In this document: in pieces, positions 36,806 to 50,647 of the stretch
Layout of the letters: every line of letters begins with the position of its first letter
Position numbering within the stretch: the first letter of the stretch is position 1
Assembly (NCBI GenBank): GCA_002104905.1
Contig: MCFE01000567.1
Coordinates: forward strand, 1 to 57,221
Reading direction: 5' to 3'
Source: Basidiobolus meristosporus CBS 931.73
Taxonomy: Eukaryota; Fungi; Basidiobolomycota
Length of the DNA stretch: 57,221 nt
Notes under the pieces: model-generated
Database searches by the model: none
What the model saw: only the letters and a program-made list of their open reading frames with translations
Told to the model about the DNA's origin: nothing
Translations under genes and position numbers: made by a program

Positions 36806-39800
36806 ATGTCTACTACTGCTATTACTGGAATTTTTCCCTCTGCTGAAAAGTTGGATGGCTCTAACTACCAAGTGTGGAAGGTGAAGATGAAGATGCTGCT
36901 ACAAGAAAGAGGCCTTTGGGATATTGTCATGGGAGAAGAATGCCCTCCTAAAAACGTGGGAGAGGAAGCCTTGAAGTACCAGAAGAAAGAACAAAGTGCC
37001 TTTAACTGCATTTGCCTTAATGTCAAGGACAAATTGCTAATTCAATGCTGAAGAGCAAAAACGGCAAAGAATGCCTGGAAGGCATTAGAAGACACCTACC
37101 AGTCATGTTCAGCTGCCAAGAAAATGTATCTGAGAAGAAAATTCTTTACTACAAAGATGCTGCCAGGAGAAGAAATGAAAAATCTAATTAACAGAATTAC
37201 CCTGCTGGTAGATGAGATGGAATCTGTGGGCGTACCAACTACTGATGAGGATGTGATAGTTACCATCCTGAATAGCCTGACAGACAAGTTTCAGGGCCTT
37301 GTATCAGCCCTAGAGTCCAGAACTGAAGATTTGACCTTAAATTACGTATATGGAAGGCTCCTGGATGAAGAACTAAGAAAATCAAGCGCTAATAAGAAGG
37401 AAGAAGAAAATGCTTTAATAAGCAATGATAGCCAACAAAGGAGATACCCAAGACCCTACAAAGGCAACAGCAACCTGTTTTGTAGCTACTGCAAAAGGAA
37501 AGGACACACATCAGATCGGTGTCTCCAAAAGAAAGATAATCAGCAAAAGAAGCCTGAATATGGAAATGCTGCAACAACTGAAGATAGACTATTCATATCT
37601 GCACTAAATATGACCATAAACAAGGATTCTCAGATGTGGTATATTGACTCTGGAGCTTCTCAACACTTTACACACCAAAAAGAACTTTTTACCCAATATC
37701 AAGAAATTCCAATTAAGAAGGTTTTCATGGGTGACGATAGAACACTTGATGCAGTGGGAGAAGGAACTATCCAAGTAAACCTTAGAAGCAGTAAAGGAAG
37801 CCATACACTGACCTTTAAAGAAGTACTCTATGTACCAGAAATAGCCAAGAACCTACTCTCTGTAAGCAAGGCCACAGCAGAAGGACTCAGTTTCAGTTTT
37901 GACAATTCTGGATGCAGGATCACTGATCAAAATGGTGCCCATATTGCTTCGGGCATCAGAGATCAGAACCTAAACAAGTTGACTTATATTCCATCATATT
38001 TGGTAGCCAATATAAGTAACTTAAATGAAGAAACACCAATGCTTTGGCACAGGAGATTTGGACACATCAATTTTGATTATTTGCGTAAAATGATCAACAA
38101 TCAGCTAATTTCTGGAGTGAAAATTGATCCCCCAGCTATTTTGGAGCACTGTGAAGCCTGCATATATGGGAAACAAGCCAGACAACTGTTCAAGAGCTCT
38201 GGGTTAATCAAAACTAAGAAAAAATTAGATCTAATTCACTCAGATCTGTGTGGACCTATGCAAAATTTATCCTTAGGCGGGATGAAGTATTTAATCACTT
38301 TTATTGATGATTATACAAGACACACATGGGTCTACTTCATGGAGAGAAAGGAAGAAGCTCTGTCTAAGTTCAGGGAGCTTAAAGCCATGGTGGAGAGAGA
38401 AACTGGTGAAAAAATCAAGAAAATACGCTCTGACAATGGTGGAGAATATACCTCCAAACTCTTCATCCACTTCTGCAAAATTCATGGGATAAAGCAAGAG
38501 ACTACTGTACCATACTCCCAACAGCAAAATGGAGTAGCAGAACGAGCTAACAGATCAATAATTGATATGGCAAGATCTATGATCCATGATCAAAAATTAT
38601 CCTATGATTTTTGGGCGGAATCAGTTGCCACTGCTGTATATCTTAAAAATAGGAGTTATAACAGAATACTTTGTGATTCTACTCCATTTGAAGCATGGTA
38701 TGGATACAGACCAAGTGCAGAACATCTAAGAATATTTGGGTGTACAGCATATGCCAAAAAACTGGCCGGAAATCAGTCAAAATTTGAGCCAAAAAGTGTA
38801 AAATGCATATTTTTGGGCTACTGCAATGAGAGTAAGGCATACAGACTCTACAATACCGAAGCAACGAAGCTAATCAAGTCCAGGGATGTGTTGTTTGATG
38901 AAAATTCAAAATTTTCACAAAAAATGACATCAGATGATGACGAAAATTTGATCTCAAGTCCACCAATTGTCAGGATTGAATCAGAGCAAAGCAATGAAAA
39001 TTTTTTCACTCCAGAGGACTCTACAACCGTGGTTCAGCCAGAATCAGTGCTCAGGAATATCCCAGAAGTGATCATTCCAGTATCAAGAATAGCCCAAATT
39101 ACTATATCAATGATGGTACAAACTTAGCCTATGCCTATTCAGTCCATATTGATGAACCCCAGACTGTAAAAGGGGCCCTAAATAGCCCTCAGACAAAGTT
39201 TTGGAGATCTGCAATGACTGAGGAATATCAGGCCCTGATGGAAAATCAAACTTGGGACTTAGTCAAATTACCAATCAACCAAAAATCAATTGGATGCAGA
39301 TAGGTCTTCAAGACAAAGTACAAGGCTGATGGTACAATTGAAAGATACAAAGCAAGACTTGTAGCCAAAGGATACTCTCAAACAAAAGGACTTGACTATA
39401 CTGAGACCTTTGCACCGGTAGCCAAGTTTAATTCCATCAGATTAATATTGGCTATTGCAGCCAAATATAAGTTTTTTATTCATCAAATGGATGTAAAAAC
39501 TGCATTTTTGAATGGAGAACTTGATGAGGACATGTATATGGACCAGCCTGATGGGTTTGTTGACCAAGATAACCCCCATTTGGTCTGCAAGCTTAAAAAG
39601 TCACTATATGGTCTCAAACAATCACCGAGAGCCTGGAATTGCAAGATAGATTCTTATTTGGAATCTTTGAGTTTCAAAAGGAGTAATGCTGACTATAGTA
39701 TATACTATAAGCCAGATAGAGAAAATCCAGCTCTATTAGCTCTATATGTGGATGATCTTATTATAGCCACCAATAACCTAGAAACATTGGAAGAGACTAA

Positions 39801-40725
39801 ATCCAGCCTATCTAAGGAGTTCAAGATGTCCGATCTAGGAGAACTCAGTTACTACTTAGGGATTAAGTTCTCCATAGACAGAAGTACCCAGACTATTACC
39901 CTAAGCCAATCCAAGTATATTCAAGATATACTAAAGAAGTACAAAATGGAAGACTGTAAACCGGCAGCTACCCCAATGGAGACAAACCTTAATTTGGTCA
40001 AAACTCAACCAAATCAAGAGAGCTTGGTGCCATCTGAAAGCCCTGACTTTCCTTATCAATCTATGGTCGGCAGTCTGATGTATATCATGCTTGGAACACG
40101 TCCAGATATCTCATATTCAGTGGGAGTTGTCAGCCAACATAATCAGAATTATGGATCTGATCATATTGCAGCAGTTAAGCGGATTTTTAGATACCTAAAA
40201 GGAACTGCCAATATCTGCTTAAGATACACTTATAAGGATTCAGAACAGGATCTTGTGGGATACTCTGATGCTGATTGGGGACAAAATTTGGAAGACAGAA
40301 GATCCACCACAGGATACACCTTTCTTTACTGTGAAGGAGCAATTTCATGGAATTCAAGAAAGCAACCAACTGTAGCACTTTCTACTACAGAGGCAGAGTA
40401 TATGGCAGCCTGTGAAGCTACAAAAGAAGCAATGTGGTTAAGAAAGCTCTTTGCAGATTTAGGCCTATGTCAAAAAACGCCTATTACTTTATTTCAAGAT
40501 AATCAAGGATGTATACAATTAGATAGAAATCCAACTTTTCATGCTAGAACCAAGCACATAGATATTAGACATCATTTCATACGTGAAGCTATAGAGAATA
40601 ACTTAGTTAGCTTAGTTTACTGTCCTACAGATGAAATGATTGCAGACATATTTACCAAACCATTAGCTAGAGACAAGTTTGAATATCTTAGGTCAAAATT
40701 AGGACTAGTCAGTATGAACATTTAG
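36806..40725 (+). pseudogene. Copia gag-pol polyprotein with three lesions
   Basis: ATG at 36806; TGA at 37049; small frameshifting deletion near 39086; TGG>TAG at 39301. Motifs CSYCKRKGHTSDRC, WYIDSGAS, HSDLCG, SDNGGEY, YVDDL, ADIFTK. Confidence 0.93.
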
Positions 40726-40736
40726 CTGAGTGGGAG

Positions 40737-41086
40737 TGTTGTAAAAATTTGTATTTTCCACCTAAATATTCACCTAACTTAGTCACTTAGATCATCACCT
40801 TCAAATCCTAGAGAATACTGACCAAATTCCTTGTCGGGATTTACTTAGAATATTTTCACCAAAATACCAGGTACCCAGAACATGAAAATTCTCAAAGTTG
40901 TCCAAACAGCCCCAAACTTTGCACACATGTTCTTGGGACCTTCCTTAACCTATTCTACGTGTTTGTAATGCCAAGACCATGTAAAAGTATAAATACTACT
41001 TTTACATTCAATAAATCATTAAGTGAAAACCACATAATCTACTTGTTCTCCCAATCACTTCCAATATCTCCAAGACTCTTACAACA
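40737..41086 (+). repeat. 3' LTR, copia family A
   Basis: Preceded by PPT GAGTGGGAG (40728-40736); followed by TSD CTTAT. Confidence 0.97.
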
Positions 41087-41570
41087 CTTATCACATGCAT
41101 GGCGGACTTTAAGGTAATATTCTTGATGAGACTGGGATATGGTAATAACTGCAATTTGACTTGTCCTCCTATCTCCACACACATCTGCTTCATAGGAAAC
41201 TCCCAAAAGGTGAAGCAAGGCCCAATATTCTCCACACATTGAGCAAAATGGAGTAGAGATTGGATACAGTAGTGGCAGAGATCTACACATTCAGCTTTAT
41301 GCTTTTAGTATAGTTGCTCAAATCTTGTTACAAACTCCTTGCACAACAGCTGTAGATGTGACAAGTTGGCATTGGTAATCTACTTCTGGACAAATATTCC
41401 TACAATGTCCACATATGACTCCCAATGCTTCTAATGTACTCTTGGAAAAAATGGCTTCAGAATGCCACTTGAATAAATACATATTTAGTTCATCCAGCCT
41501 TTGCATTTGTATTGTTACATATGCTTATGAATATTGATTGCAGCCTGTTGTATCCAAGATAAAGTGTAAT
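41087..41570 (-). pseudogene. CACTA transposase fragment (joins 36424 across the copia insertion)
   Basis: Homologous to 3480-3900; the joined empty site aligns with 3874-3920. Confidence 0.75.
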
Positions 41571-41899
41571 AAAGCTCTTGAATGAGTTAACTGAACCTAA
41601 ATGACAACTAAGCACAGAATCTTAGAATTGTCAAGGGTGACAGAAATATTAGCAGAGAAGAACTGGTATAATATTGGCTTTGTACATAGCTGAGTTGGGC
41701 TATAAAGGCAACAGAGTTGCTTTGCTATACAGGCTAGGCTTGGTGTTCTTGGGAATGCTAGATATGCTGGGCTTGGGTGGAAACTATAACAGAATTGTTG
41801 AGTTCTTAATTTTGCTGAGGCACAATCTTAATTTTGTTGAGACACACACTAAACCAAAAGGTTTGGTAAACTTTATTTGTATTTTTCTGATCATGTTGA

Positions 41900-44800
41900 A
41901 TTAGTAAGTGCCAAGAGACTGGACTAATTGAAATCTGTTGGGGTGCTCATAGGTGCATATGATAAATGAGAAATTGCATCATTAATCAGCTGATGTCTTG
42001 GCAACTGCTTAGTGGTTGGATAGATCTCAGATGACTAATCACTTGGAATGGCTTAGCAGATCAGTAGAGGATGTAATGACTGCATGATAACTGATCAGGT
42101 GTGACAGCTAAAAATTGATTTGAGAAGTGATTACATAAACTATGACTGGGATTTGTTATGTTTGGGTTAGGGAAAATCAGTTGGGGTACTAGATTTGCTA
42201 ACAGAGTAAAATAGGCTAAGTTTTAAATGTTGATGCACAATATCACTTCCTCCCAGGAGTGGAGTTTTCTGATATCTTCTGGGTTCCCCTGTGGCTCCAA
42301 TACTGATTGGAGATGGCAAAATCATCAAAGTTGGCATAAGGTTCACAGGTGTTGTGTTTGGCATCATATCCTTTCTACTTGACTAAATAAGGGCAATTTA
42401 GTTCTTCTTCATCTTGGTCAACAATAGCTTCAAATTCATAGGATTCTGAAGCAACTGGGTCTTGAGATATAAGCTTTAGTGAAGAAGGTGGAAAGTTTTT
42501 GGGTAGCAGTGCTCTTGTATTGTCCTGAAGTACATATGATCCTCCAGTGGTCCATCTGACAACTTTGAATGGGCCTTCATATTTAGGGTTGGGTTTAGAT
42601 TGTTGGACTGGATCTAGTGTCATGACATATGACTCATCTGGAAAGCTGCTGTTCCTGTGTCTTAAGGTGTATGTTGAAGTCATCTTTTGCTGTGAGGTCT
42701 TACTTCTGGCACTGATAGCAGGGTAGACAATGTTTGTAAGGTACTCAAGTTGGTTCTTTAGCTTGTCTGTATTCAATTTTGCTAACTCTGTATTCTGGTA
42801 ACCTTCAGAGTGTTTGAATTTTCTTCCATACATCAAAGAAAATGGCATTGATCCATGTAGAGCAGCAATTTTGGGGTAGATAGCATACTGTATGGTTGGA
42901 ATGTACTTGTCCCAATTCTTCTTGATACCTTTGATAGATTTCTGGATGATGTTCACTGAGGTCTGAGCATGTCTTTCAGTAAGTCCATTAGCTTTGGGAT
43001 GATAGGTAGTGATTGGATGGTGATTAATGGCACTATTCTGACAAAGGGTTTTGATCACGTGATTCACAAATGCTGCTCCATTATTTGATTGAATGACCTT
43101 GGGGAATCCAAATAGGCAGAAGAGCTTGAGTTGAGCTTGTGCAATAGTGGCAGCATACTTGTCTGGGATAGCTTGGAGGAAGACAATAGGTGTGCAGACA
43201 TCAACAACTATAAAGAGGTAGTGATTACATTCATCACTAGTGGTGAAAAGTCCAGCCAGATCAATTGCAATATGATCCATAGGAAGGCTTTCATGGATGG
43301 GACTCAAAGGGTGAAATCCATGGCACTTGATATTGTAAAGCCAACATTTTCTGCAAGACTTGACAGATTCTAGGCAGTCAGCTCTGATATTTGGCTAGTG
43401 ATATCCATCAGAGTGCAGCTTCTTCAAAAGTGTGCCAGCTCCAAAGTGGCCATGTAAATGACTCCGCTTATCAATGTTTTTGTTTCATTGGCATGTGGGA
43501 TTGTCCAAGTTGCTGAATCCTGTTAAGGATTTATTTTGGAGGCTGTAGTGAGTTTACTGACTATTTCAGTAATCACATGTCCCTCCCAAGGTGAAGTTGG
43601 GAAAAGTCTTGAAAGGTGGTCAGGCAGGATGTTGAGGATTCCTGGACAATGAGTACCTGTATATTCATAATCAAGTAGAGTATCAAGCCAGTTGGTGAGC
43701 ATTGGAGTCAGAGTCTGTTGAGTATGGGTATAGACAAGGGCTTGGTGGTCAGTGTAGAAGGTAAAAGGGTTACCCCATAAGTACTGGTGAAACTTCTTCA
43801 AGGCAACAACAATGGCAAGTGGCTCCTTCTTAGCAGCAGAGTATTTTCTCTCAGCAGGTTGTAGTGATCTGGCTTGAAAAGAGATTCAGTGAGGTGGATT
43901 TTAGTCTTAATCCTGGTATAGAACAGCCCCTAACCAACATTAGACGCATCCATTGCAACAACAAAGGTCTTAGTAAGGCCTGGGTAGGATAGGGTGGGTG
44001 CTTGTGGGAGCAGCTGGCCAAGTGGCTCAAATGCCTGGTCATGATCCTTGTTCCAGGCTGAGGGAAGATCAGGACTATGGTGTAATGCATCCAAAGGGGC
44101 ACTCAAAGAGGATATGAGAGGAATGTGTTCACTGAAACAGCTGATTTCTCCAAGATATTGTTGGAGTTGCTTAACGCTAGTGGGTTTTGGCCATTCAGGA
44201 ATATTGACCAGCTTGAAAGGGTCAAGTTGATGGCCATCTGGTGTGACTATGAATCCAGGAAGATTGATTTTGAGGCAAGCAAGACTGCACTTTTCAGCAT
44301 TAAGAATCAGTCCAGCAGCTGTTAGTCTATTGATGACATTAGTTGCATGATCATCATGGTTTGTGGAAAATATGATGGCATCATCAACAAATACTAAGAT
44401 GTATGGTGAATTCTTGAGTATCATAGTCATGACTCTCTGGAACTTGCTGGTAATTGTCTTTAGGCCAAAGAGAACTCCCTGAAACATCCATTGCATAATA
44501 TTCCTAGTAAAGGCAGTCTTATGCTGATGATCAGGATGGATCTGGATTTGGTGACATGCATCCTTCAAGTCCAACTTGGAGAGTACTTTTGCTCCTGATA
44601 GTGCAGAAAAGATATCTTGGATTCTTGGGATTGGAAATTTGTCATCTTGGAGAAGCTTGTTCAGAGGTCTGGGGTCCAAACAGGGTCTCTTCAGAGTTGG
44701 ATTTCCATCAGCATCCTTCTTTGGTGCAAGTGTCAAAGGGCTGTTGAATGTTGTGTTAACAGGGGCTTGAGTGATGATTCCATTGTCAACCCATTTTTGG

Positions 44801-45500
44801 ACTATTTCATCAACTAAGTGTTGACAAGAATGTGGAATTGGGTATTGCCTCCTCCATGTGGACTCACCAGGTGGGGTTTCTAGCGTTACAATGGATTCTG
44901 GAATAGTGCAGAAACTGTTCCTAGGAATGGCTTGGTTTCTTTCAATGGCCAGCTGAATTTCCAGTTTGACTGATTGAGAATATGCTTGAAAAGCTGGGGT
45001 TGCTCCTCTGCTTCCAGATGGGGAGAGATCATCTCTGGAATCCAGTCCATTCTGGGTGGCTGAGACTTAGTGATTCCAGGATATGATACTTGTAGTCTGC
45101 CTATGTGAAAGCCAAGTTTGGTCAAGGTGTCTAGACCAATGACTAACTGAGGTCCATCTGGAATGTCAATAACTTCCATTTGATGGATTACAGTCATTGA
45201 GCCACAATGTATGCTGATTGGGTTGGTGATACCAATTCTTGGGGCTGAGAGGTCCTTAACTGCAAGTATGATTTTTCCTGGTTGCTTTTCTATTTCCAAT
45301 TTGAGTTCTTTGACTATATTAAGTGATACAATAGAGTTGGATCATCCATTATCCAGTAGTGCTACATACAATTGGCCATTGAGTTAGAGTGGCACCTCTA
45401 TAGCTTTTGGCTGTGCAATTGGTTGCTTCTTTTCTTGAACAGTTGCAATCTTAGCCGGAATTTCTAAGAGGTTGTTATAATCTTAAACTGTCAGTTCTTC
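41900..45500 (-). mobile_element. Degraded chromovirus-type Ty3/gypsy pol (PR-RT-RH-IN-chromodomain) with start of the 3' LTR
   Basis: LDLKDACHQI and FVDDAIIF (RT), FYTDHQAL (RNase H), HIAIDLAG (integrase), YEFEAIVD...YLVK*KGYDAKHNTCEP (chromodomain); PPT GGGAGGAAG then TG at 42245. Left limit of the LTR is approximate. Confidence 0.85.
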
Positions 45501-45571
45501 ATATGCTTCCTCATATCCTGTCATTTCATTAGCTGAATTTCATCTAGGATCTGCGTAATCTTTGCCAATAG

Positions 45572-46102
45572 TGTAGTGGGGTCACAGTGACACCCACAGA
45601 CAAATGTGCACATTCCCATATTTTCTACTTCCCTATTCCTCTACTACACTTATTTTTGTTTTATCCCATTTGTCTTACTTGATCAGTACTATCCCATAAG
45701 CCAGCTGACTATCACACCTGCTTACCTTATTGCATAAGTTATCCCTCACTTTATGTAAGATTACTAGCTGTAAGTGCTTCTATATTAGGCAAGTACCCAC
45801 GCTAGTACCTGTGACACATGATCAACCCATGTCACCATCCCTACCATTTCTATACCATATATGGTATCCCTATGTTACACAGGCTTCTGAGCACTGATTC
45901 CTGATTGGTTGGATGTGCTGTGCCTCTTAGAACCTTCTGTAACCTACTTAGAATACTCTTAGCTCATTCTGATATCATTAAGATTTCTACTGATCTCTGG
46001 AACCTTCTGGAACACCATGATTAGTACTCACTTAGCAAGTGAGAAAAGTATATAAGGGAGGCAATCCCTCAACAATAAATCATCATCCCTTTTATCAATA
46101 CA
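45572..46102. repeat. Putative solo LTR of an unassigned family
   Basis: TGTAGTG...CAATACA ends, internal GTATATAAG and AATAAA; no TSD found. Confidence 0.35.
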
Positions 46103-46399
46103 CAAACTTGTTGATTAGTGTGATCACTGCTACCTGCTGCTACCTGGACTTCCAACCCCAGACCACAGAATACTCCCAGGAAACTGTGTTGATAGCCAAC
46201 TGACCTTGGAGGCACTACTTGTGAGGAATACTCAGAGTAGGTATCTTTTATTATATTTGATTCTTTCCTGGGTTTGATCTTGTACAGGCAAAGATACTTT
46301 TCTGTCTTTGTAAGTATTGGCCACAGCTGCATTCTTATCAAGTCCCTGCTGGTGGAGTTTACAATTATTTTGACTTTGGAAGCTTTAGTGCATTGTCAT

Positions 46400-47140
46400 C
46401 TCAAAGGACACTGAACCCAGTACATGCTTTTGTTAAGACACCAACTAAGATGGGGATTGTAGCTCAATAGTTCTCTCTTGACAAGCCTGTGGCTTTATTC
46501 CCCATCACATTAGATTAGAGACAGAACCCAAGTATTTGTAGCAAGCTTTTGCTCAAGGTTATTGCACCCAGTAAGCACCCCACACACAAAACACTTGAGA
46601 AGTGTTGGATGTATCTCTCCCTTGGACTTATACACCACCACATATTTGGCACACAATGTGGGGGGATTCATACAAGCTCCCTAGGACTCAACAAGATGTA
46701 CCTGAAAATTTGAGCCATATCCACTTACTGAAAAGAGACTACCAATACCTTCAAGATAACAACCCCAACCTACCTACCCAGAATGAATTCTATGCCATTA
46801 CCACTCTCACATGGAGCCCCACAGTTTGATGGAACAAATGTGGAAAGCTTCATATTCAAATGGGGGAAGCTCTGCAAGATGTGCAGCCTATCTGAACAAG
46901 AAATGGCTGAAGACTTCCCCTACTACTGCACCAATGATATTACCACTAAGCTTCTCAGACAAAGTGACATTCTCATTGACTGGGCCTTAATGAAGACCTA
47001 CCTACAAGCCAAATATGGTAGACCCTAGATATACTATGGAATTGAAGACCTCAGTCACCTTGAAAGGACTGGACTTTCCAAGCTACCACCTGCAGAGTTC
47101 ATTTGTAACACAGACCTAGATCATATGTTCTGCATACTGA
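46400..47140 (+). mobile_element. Gypsy-like relic (family C): LTR end, decayed tRNA-Lys-type PBS (46647-46663), gag N-terminus
   Basis: APQFDGTNVESFIFKWGKLC gag-like ORF 46783-47028; homolog of 4900-5560. Confidence 0.6.
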
Positions 47141-47289
47141 TGTGCATACTTGCCTAATGTAGATACATATAGTGATCCATAAGTTGAATGGCATTTGTGA
47201 TAACTAATTGGGGCAAATATCATATGGGGGCAACACTAGAAACTTGAACAGCAAAAGGTGGGAGACTATAGATAAGATAAAATATGAAT

Positions 47290-50106
47290 AAGTCCCAAGT
47301 TTGATTTTCCATCAGGGCCTGATATTCCTCAGTCATTGCAGATCTCCAAGACTTTGTCTGAGGGCTATTTAGGGCCCCTTTTACAGTCTGGGGTTCATCA
47401 ATATGGACTGAATAGGCATAGGCTAAGTTTGTACCCTCATTGATATAGTAATCTGTGCTATTTCTTGTCTGACTGGATCTCCAGGCATTTGATACTGGAA
47501 TGATCACTTCTGGGGTATTCCTGGGCACTGACTCAGGCTGAGCAATGGTTGTAGAGTCCTCTGGAGTGAAAAAATCTTCATTGTTTTGCTGGGATTCCAT
47601 CCTGACAATTGGTGGACTTGAGATCAAATTTTTGTCATCATATGATGTCATTTTTTGCAAATATTTTGAGTTTTCATCAAACAGCACATCCCTGGACTTG
47701 ATTAGTGTCTTTGCTTTGGTATTGTAGCGTCTGTATGCTTAACTCTCATTGCAGTAGCCCAATAATATGTATTTTACACTTTTTGGCTCAAATTTTGACT
47801 GATTTCCGGGCAGTTTCTTGGCATATGCTGTACATCCAAATATTCTTAGATGTTCTGCACTTGATCTGTATCCATACAATGCTTCAAATGGAGTAGAATC
47901 ACAAAGTATTCTGCTATAACTCTTATTTTTAAGGTGTGCAGCTGAGGCAACGGATTCCGCCCAAATATCAAAGGATGATTTTTGATCATGGCTCATAGAC
48001 CTTGCCATATCAGTTATTGATCTGTTAGAGTGTTCTGCTACTCCATTTTGCAGTGGGGAGTATGGTACAGTAGTCTCTTGCTTTATCCCATGAATTTTGC
48101 AGAAGTGGATTAAGAGTTTTGAGGTATATTCTCCACCATTGTCAGAGTGTATTTTCTTGATTTTTCCACCAGTTTCTCTCTCCACCATGGCTTTAAACTC
48201 CCTAAACTTAGACAGAGCTTCTTCCTTTCTCTCCATGAGGTGGACCCATGTGTATCTTGTATAATCATCAATAAAAGAGATTTAATACTTCATCCTGCAT
48301 AAGGATAAATTTTGCACAGGTCCACACAGATCTGAGTTAATTAGATCTAATTTTTTCTTAGTTTTGATTAACCCAGAGCTCTTGAGCAGTTGTCTGGCTT
48401 GTTTCCCATATATGCAGGCTTCACAGTGCTCCAAATTAGCTGGGGGATCAATTTTTACTCTGGAAATTTGCTGATCTTTGATCATTTTGCGCAAATAATC
48501 ATAATTGATATGTCCAAATCTCCAGTGCCAAAGCATTGGTGTTGCTTCATTTAAGTTACTTATATTGGCTTCCAAATATGATGGAATATAAGTCAACTTG
48601 TATAGATTCTGATCTCTGATACCCAAAGCAATATGGGCTCCATTTTGATCAGTAATCTTGCATCCAGAATTGTCAAAGCTGAGACTGAGTCCTTCTGCAG
48701 TGGCCTTGCTTACAGATAGTAGGTTCTTGGCTATTTCTGGTACATAGAGTACTTCTTTAAAGGTCAGTGTATGGCTTCCTTCACTGCTTCTAAGGTTTAC
48801 TTGGATAGTTCCTTCTCCCACTGCATCAAGTGTTCTATTGTCACCCATGAGAACCTTCTTAATTGGAATTTCCTGATATTGGGTAAAAAGTTCTTTTTGT
48901 ATGTAAAGTGTTGAGATGCTCCAGAGTGAATATACCACATCTGAGAATCCTTGTTTGTGGTCATATTTAGTGCAGATATGAATAGTCTATCTCCAGTTGT
49001 TGCAGTATTTCCATATTCAGGCTTCCTTTGCTGAATATCTTTCTTTTTGAAGCACCAGTCTGATGTGTGTCCTTTCCCTTGGCAGTAGTTACAGAACAGG
49101 TTGCTGTTGCCTTTATAGGGTCTTGGGTACCTACTTTGTTGGTTATCACTGCTTATTAAAGTATTTTCTTCTTCCTTCTTATTTGCGCTTGATTGTCTTA
49201 ATTCTTCATCCAGGAGCCTTCCATATATGTAATTTAAGGTCAAATCTTCAGTTCTGGACTCTAGGGCTGATACAAGGCCCTGAAACCTGTCTTTCAGGCT
49301 ATTCAGGATGGTAACTATCACATCCTCATCAGTAGCTGGTACACCCACAGATTCCATTTCATCTACCAGCAGGGTTATTCTGTTAATTAGATTTTTCATT
49401 TCTTCTCCGATACATTTTCTGAGCAGCTGAACATGACTGGTAGGTGTCTTTCAATGCCTTCCAGGCATTCTTTGCCATTTTTGCTCTTGAGCATTGAATT
49501 AGCAATTTGTCCTTAACATTAAGGCAAATGCAGTTAAAGGCACTTTGTTCTTTCTTCTGGTACTTTAAGGCTTCCACTCCTACATTTTTAGGAGGGCATT
49601 CTTTGCCCATGACAATATCCCAGAGGCCTCTTTCTTGTAGCAGCATCTTCAACTTCACCTTCCACACTTGGTAGTTAGATCCAACCAACTTTTTGGAAAA
49701 ATTTCAGTAATAGCAATGGTAGACATTGCAGAGAGTGACAGCTTGGGGCTCATAACCTGTTATAAGAGCTCTGGAGATATTGGAAGTGATTGGGAGAACA
49801 AGTAGATTATGTGGTTTTCACTTAATGATTTATTGAATGTATAAGTAGTATTTATACTTTTACATGGTCTTGGCATTACAGATATGTAAAATAGGCTAAT
49901 GAAGGTTCCAAGAACATGTGTGCAAAGTTTGGGGCTGTTTGGACAACTTTGAGAATTCTCATGTTCTAGGTACCTGGTATTTTGGTGAAAATATACTAAG
50001 TAAATCCCAACAAGGAATTTGGTTGGTATTCACTAGGATTTGAAGGTAATGATCCAAGTGACTAAGCTAGGTGAATATTTAGGTGGAATTACAAATTTTT
50101 ACAACA
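47290..50106 (-). mobile_element. 3'-truncated copia family A copy (5' LTR 49758-50106, PBS, gag-PR-IN)
   Basis: Roughly 90% identical to 36425-39260; ends at the RT start (ENQTWDL); several frameshifts. Confidence 0.95.
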
Positions 50107-50520
50107 TATCCAACATAAGATGAACATACTGCACTGTGTATCTGAGCTCAAATGAGATACCAATAGTATCCTGCTGATTCATATCACTAATGAGGCCAAG
50201 ACATGCAGCCAGCATGTGAAGATTGAAGAGGTGAAACTGTCACAGTCTCTGATCATCACACAAAAGGTGATAAAAATACAACCTGCCTGTGAGATGGTGA
50301 TCTTGTAAGAGACACCCAAAGCTTATTTGACAAATGAGTATATGATAACCCCAACAAAGGTATCTGACCATCTAGGAGGAATCTCAATCCCTAAAGCATC
50401 AATACTACCAAAATTTGAAGAGCAAAGCTTGAACTGCTTAGTGGTTAATCACATACAATGCACAGTGATACTACTTAGAGGAGTGTTGTTGTTGAACATA
50501 CAAGAAGTTGATGGTAACAA
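50107..50520 (+). mobile_element. Gypsy family D fragment downstream of protease
   Basis: Inverted homolog of 33043-33460. Confidence 0.6.
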
Positions 50521-50647
50521 CCAAGTACCACTTACAGGCAAAGAGCCAAAAGAGGAGCCCCCTGAGCTGGATGTGGACCCTGGTCCACCTCCTGTGCTAC
50601 AGGATAAATACCTAGAAGGAATACGCCCACCTGTCCATGTATTCTCT

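Larger units (their letters stand above)
36425..41086 (+). mobile_element. Full-length young Ty1/copia retrotransposon (family A, 4,662 bp)
   Basis: 350-bp LTRs with 3 substitutions, 5-bp TSD CTTAT, PBS, PPT and gag-PR-IN-RT-RH order; inserted into a CACTA transposase. Confidence 0.97.

Noticed and set aside
37124-39127. 667-aa ORF as a stand-alone gene
   Set aside because: It is the middle piece of the interrupted copia gag-pol.
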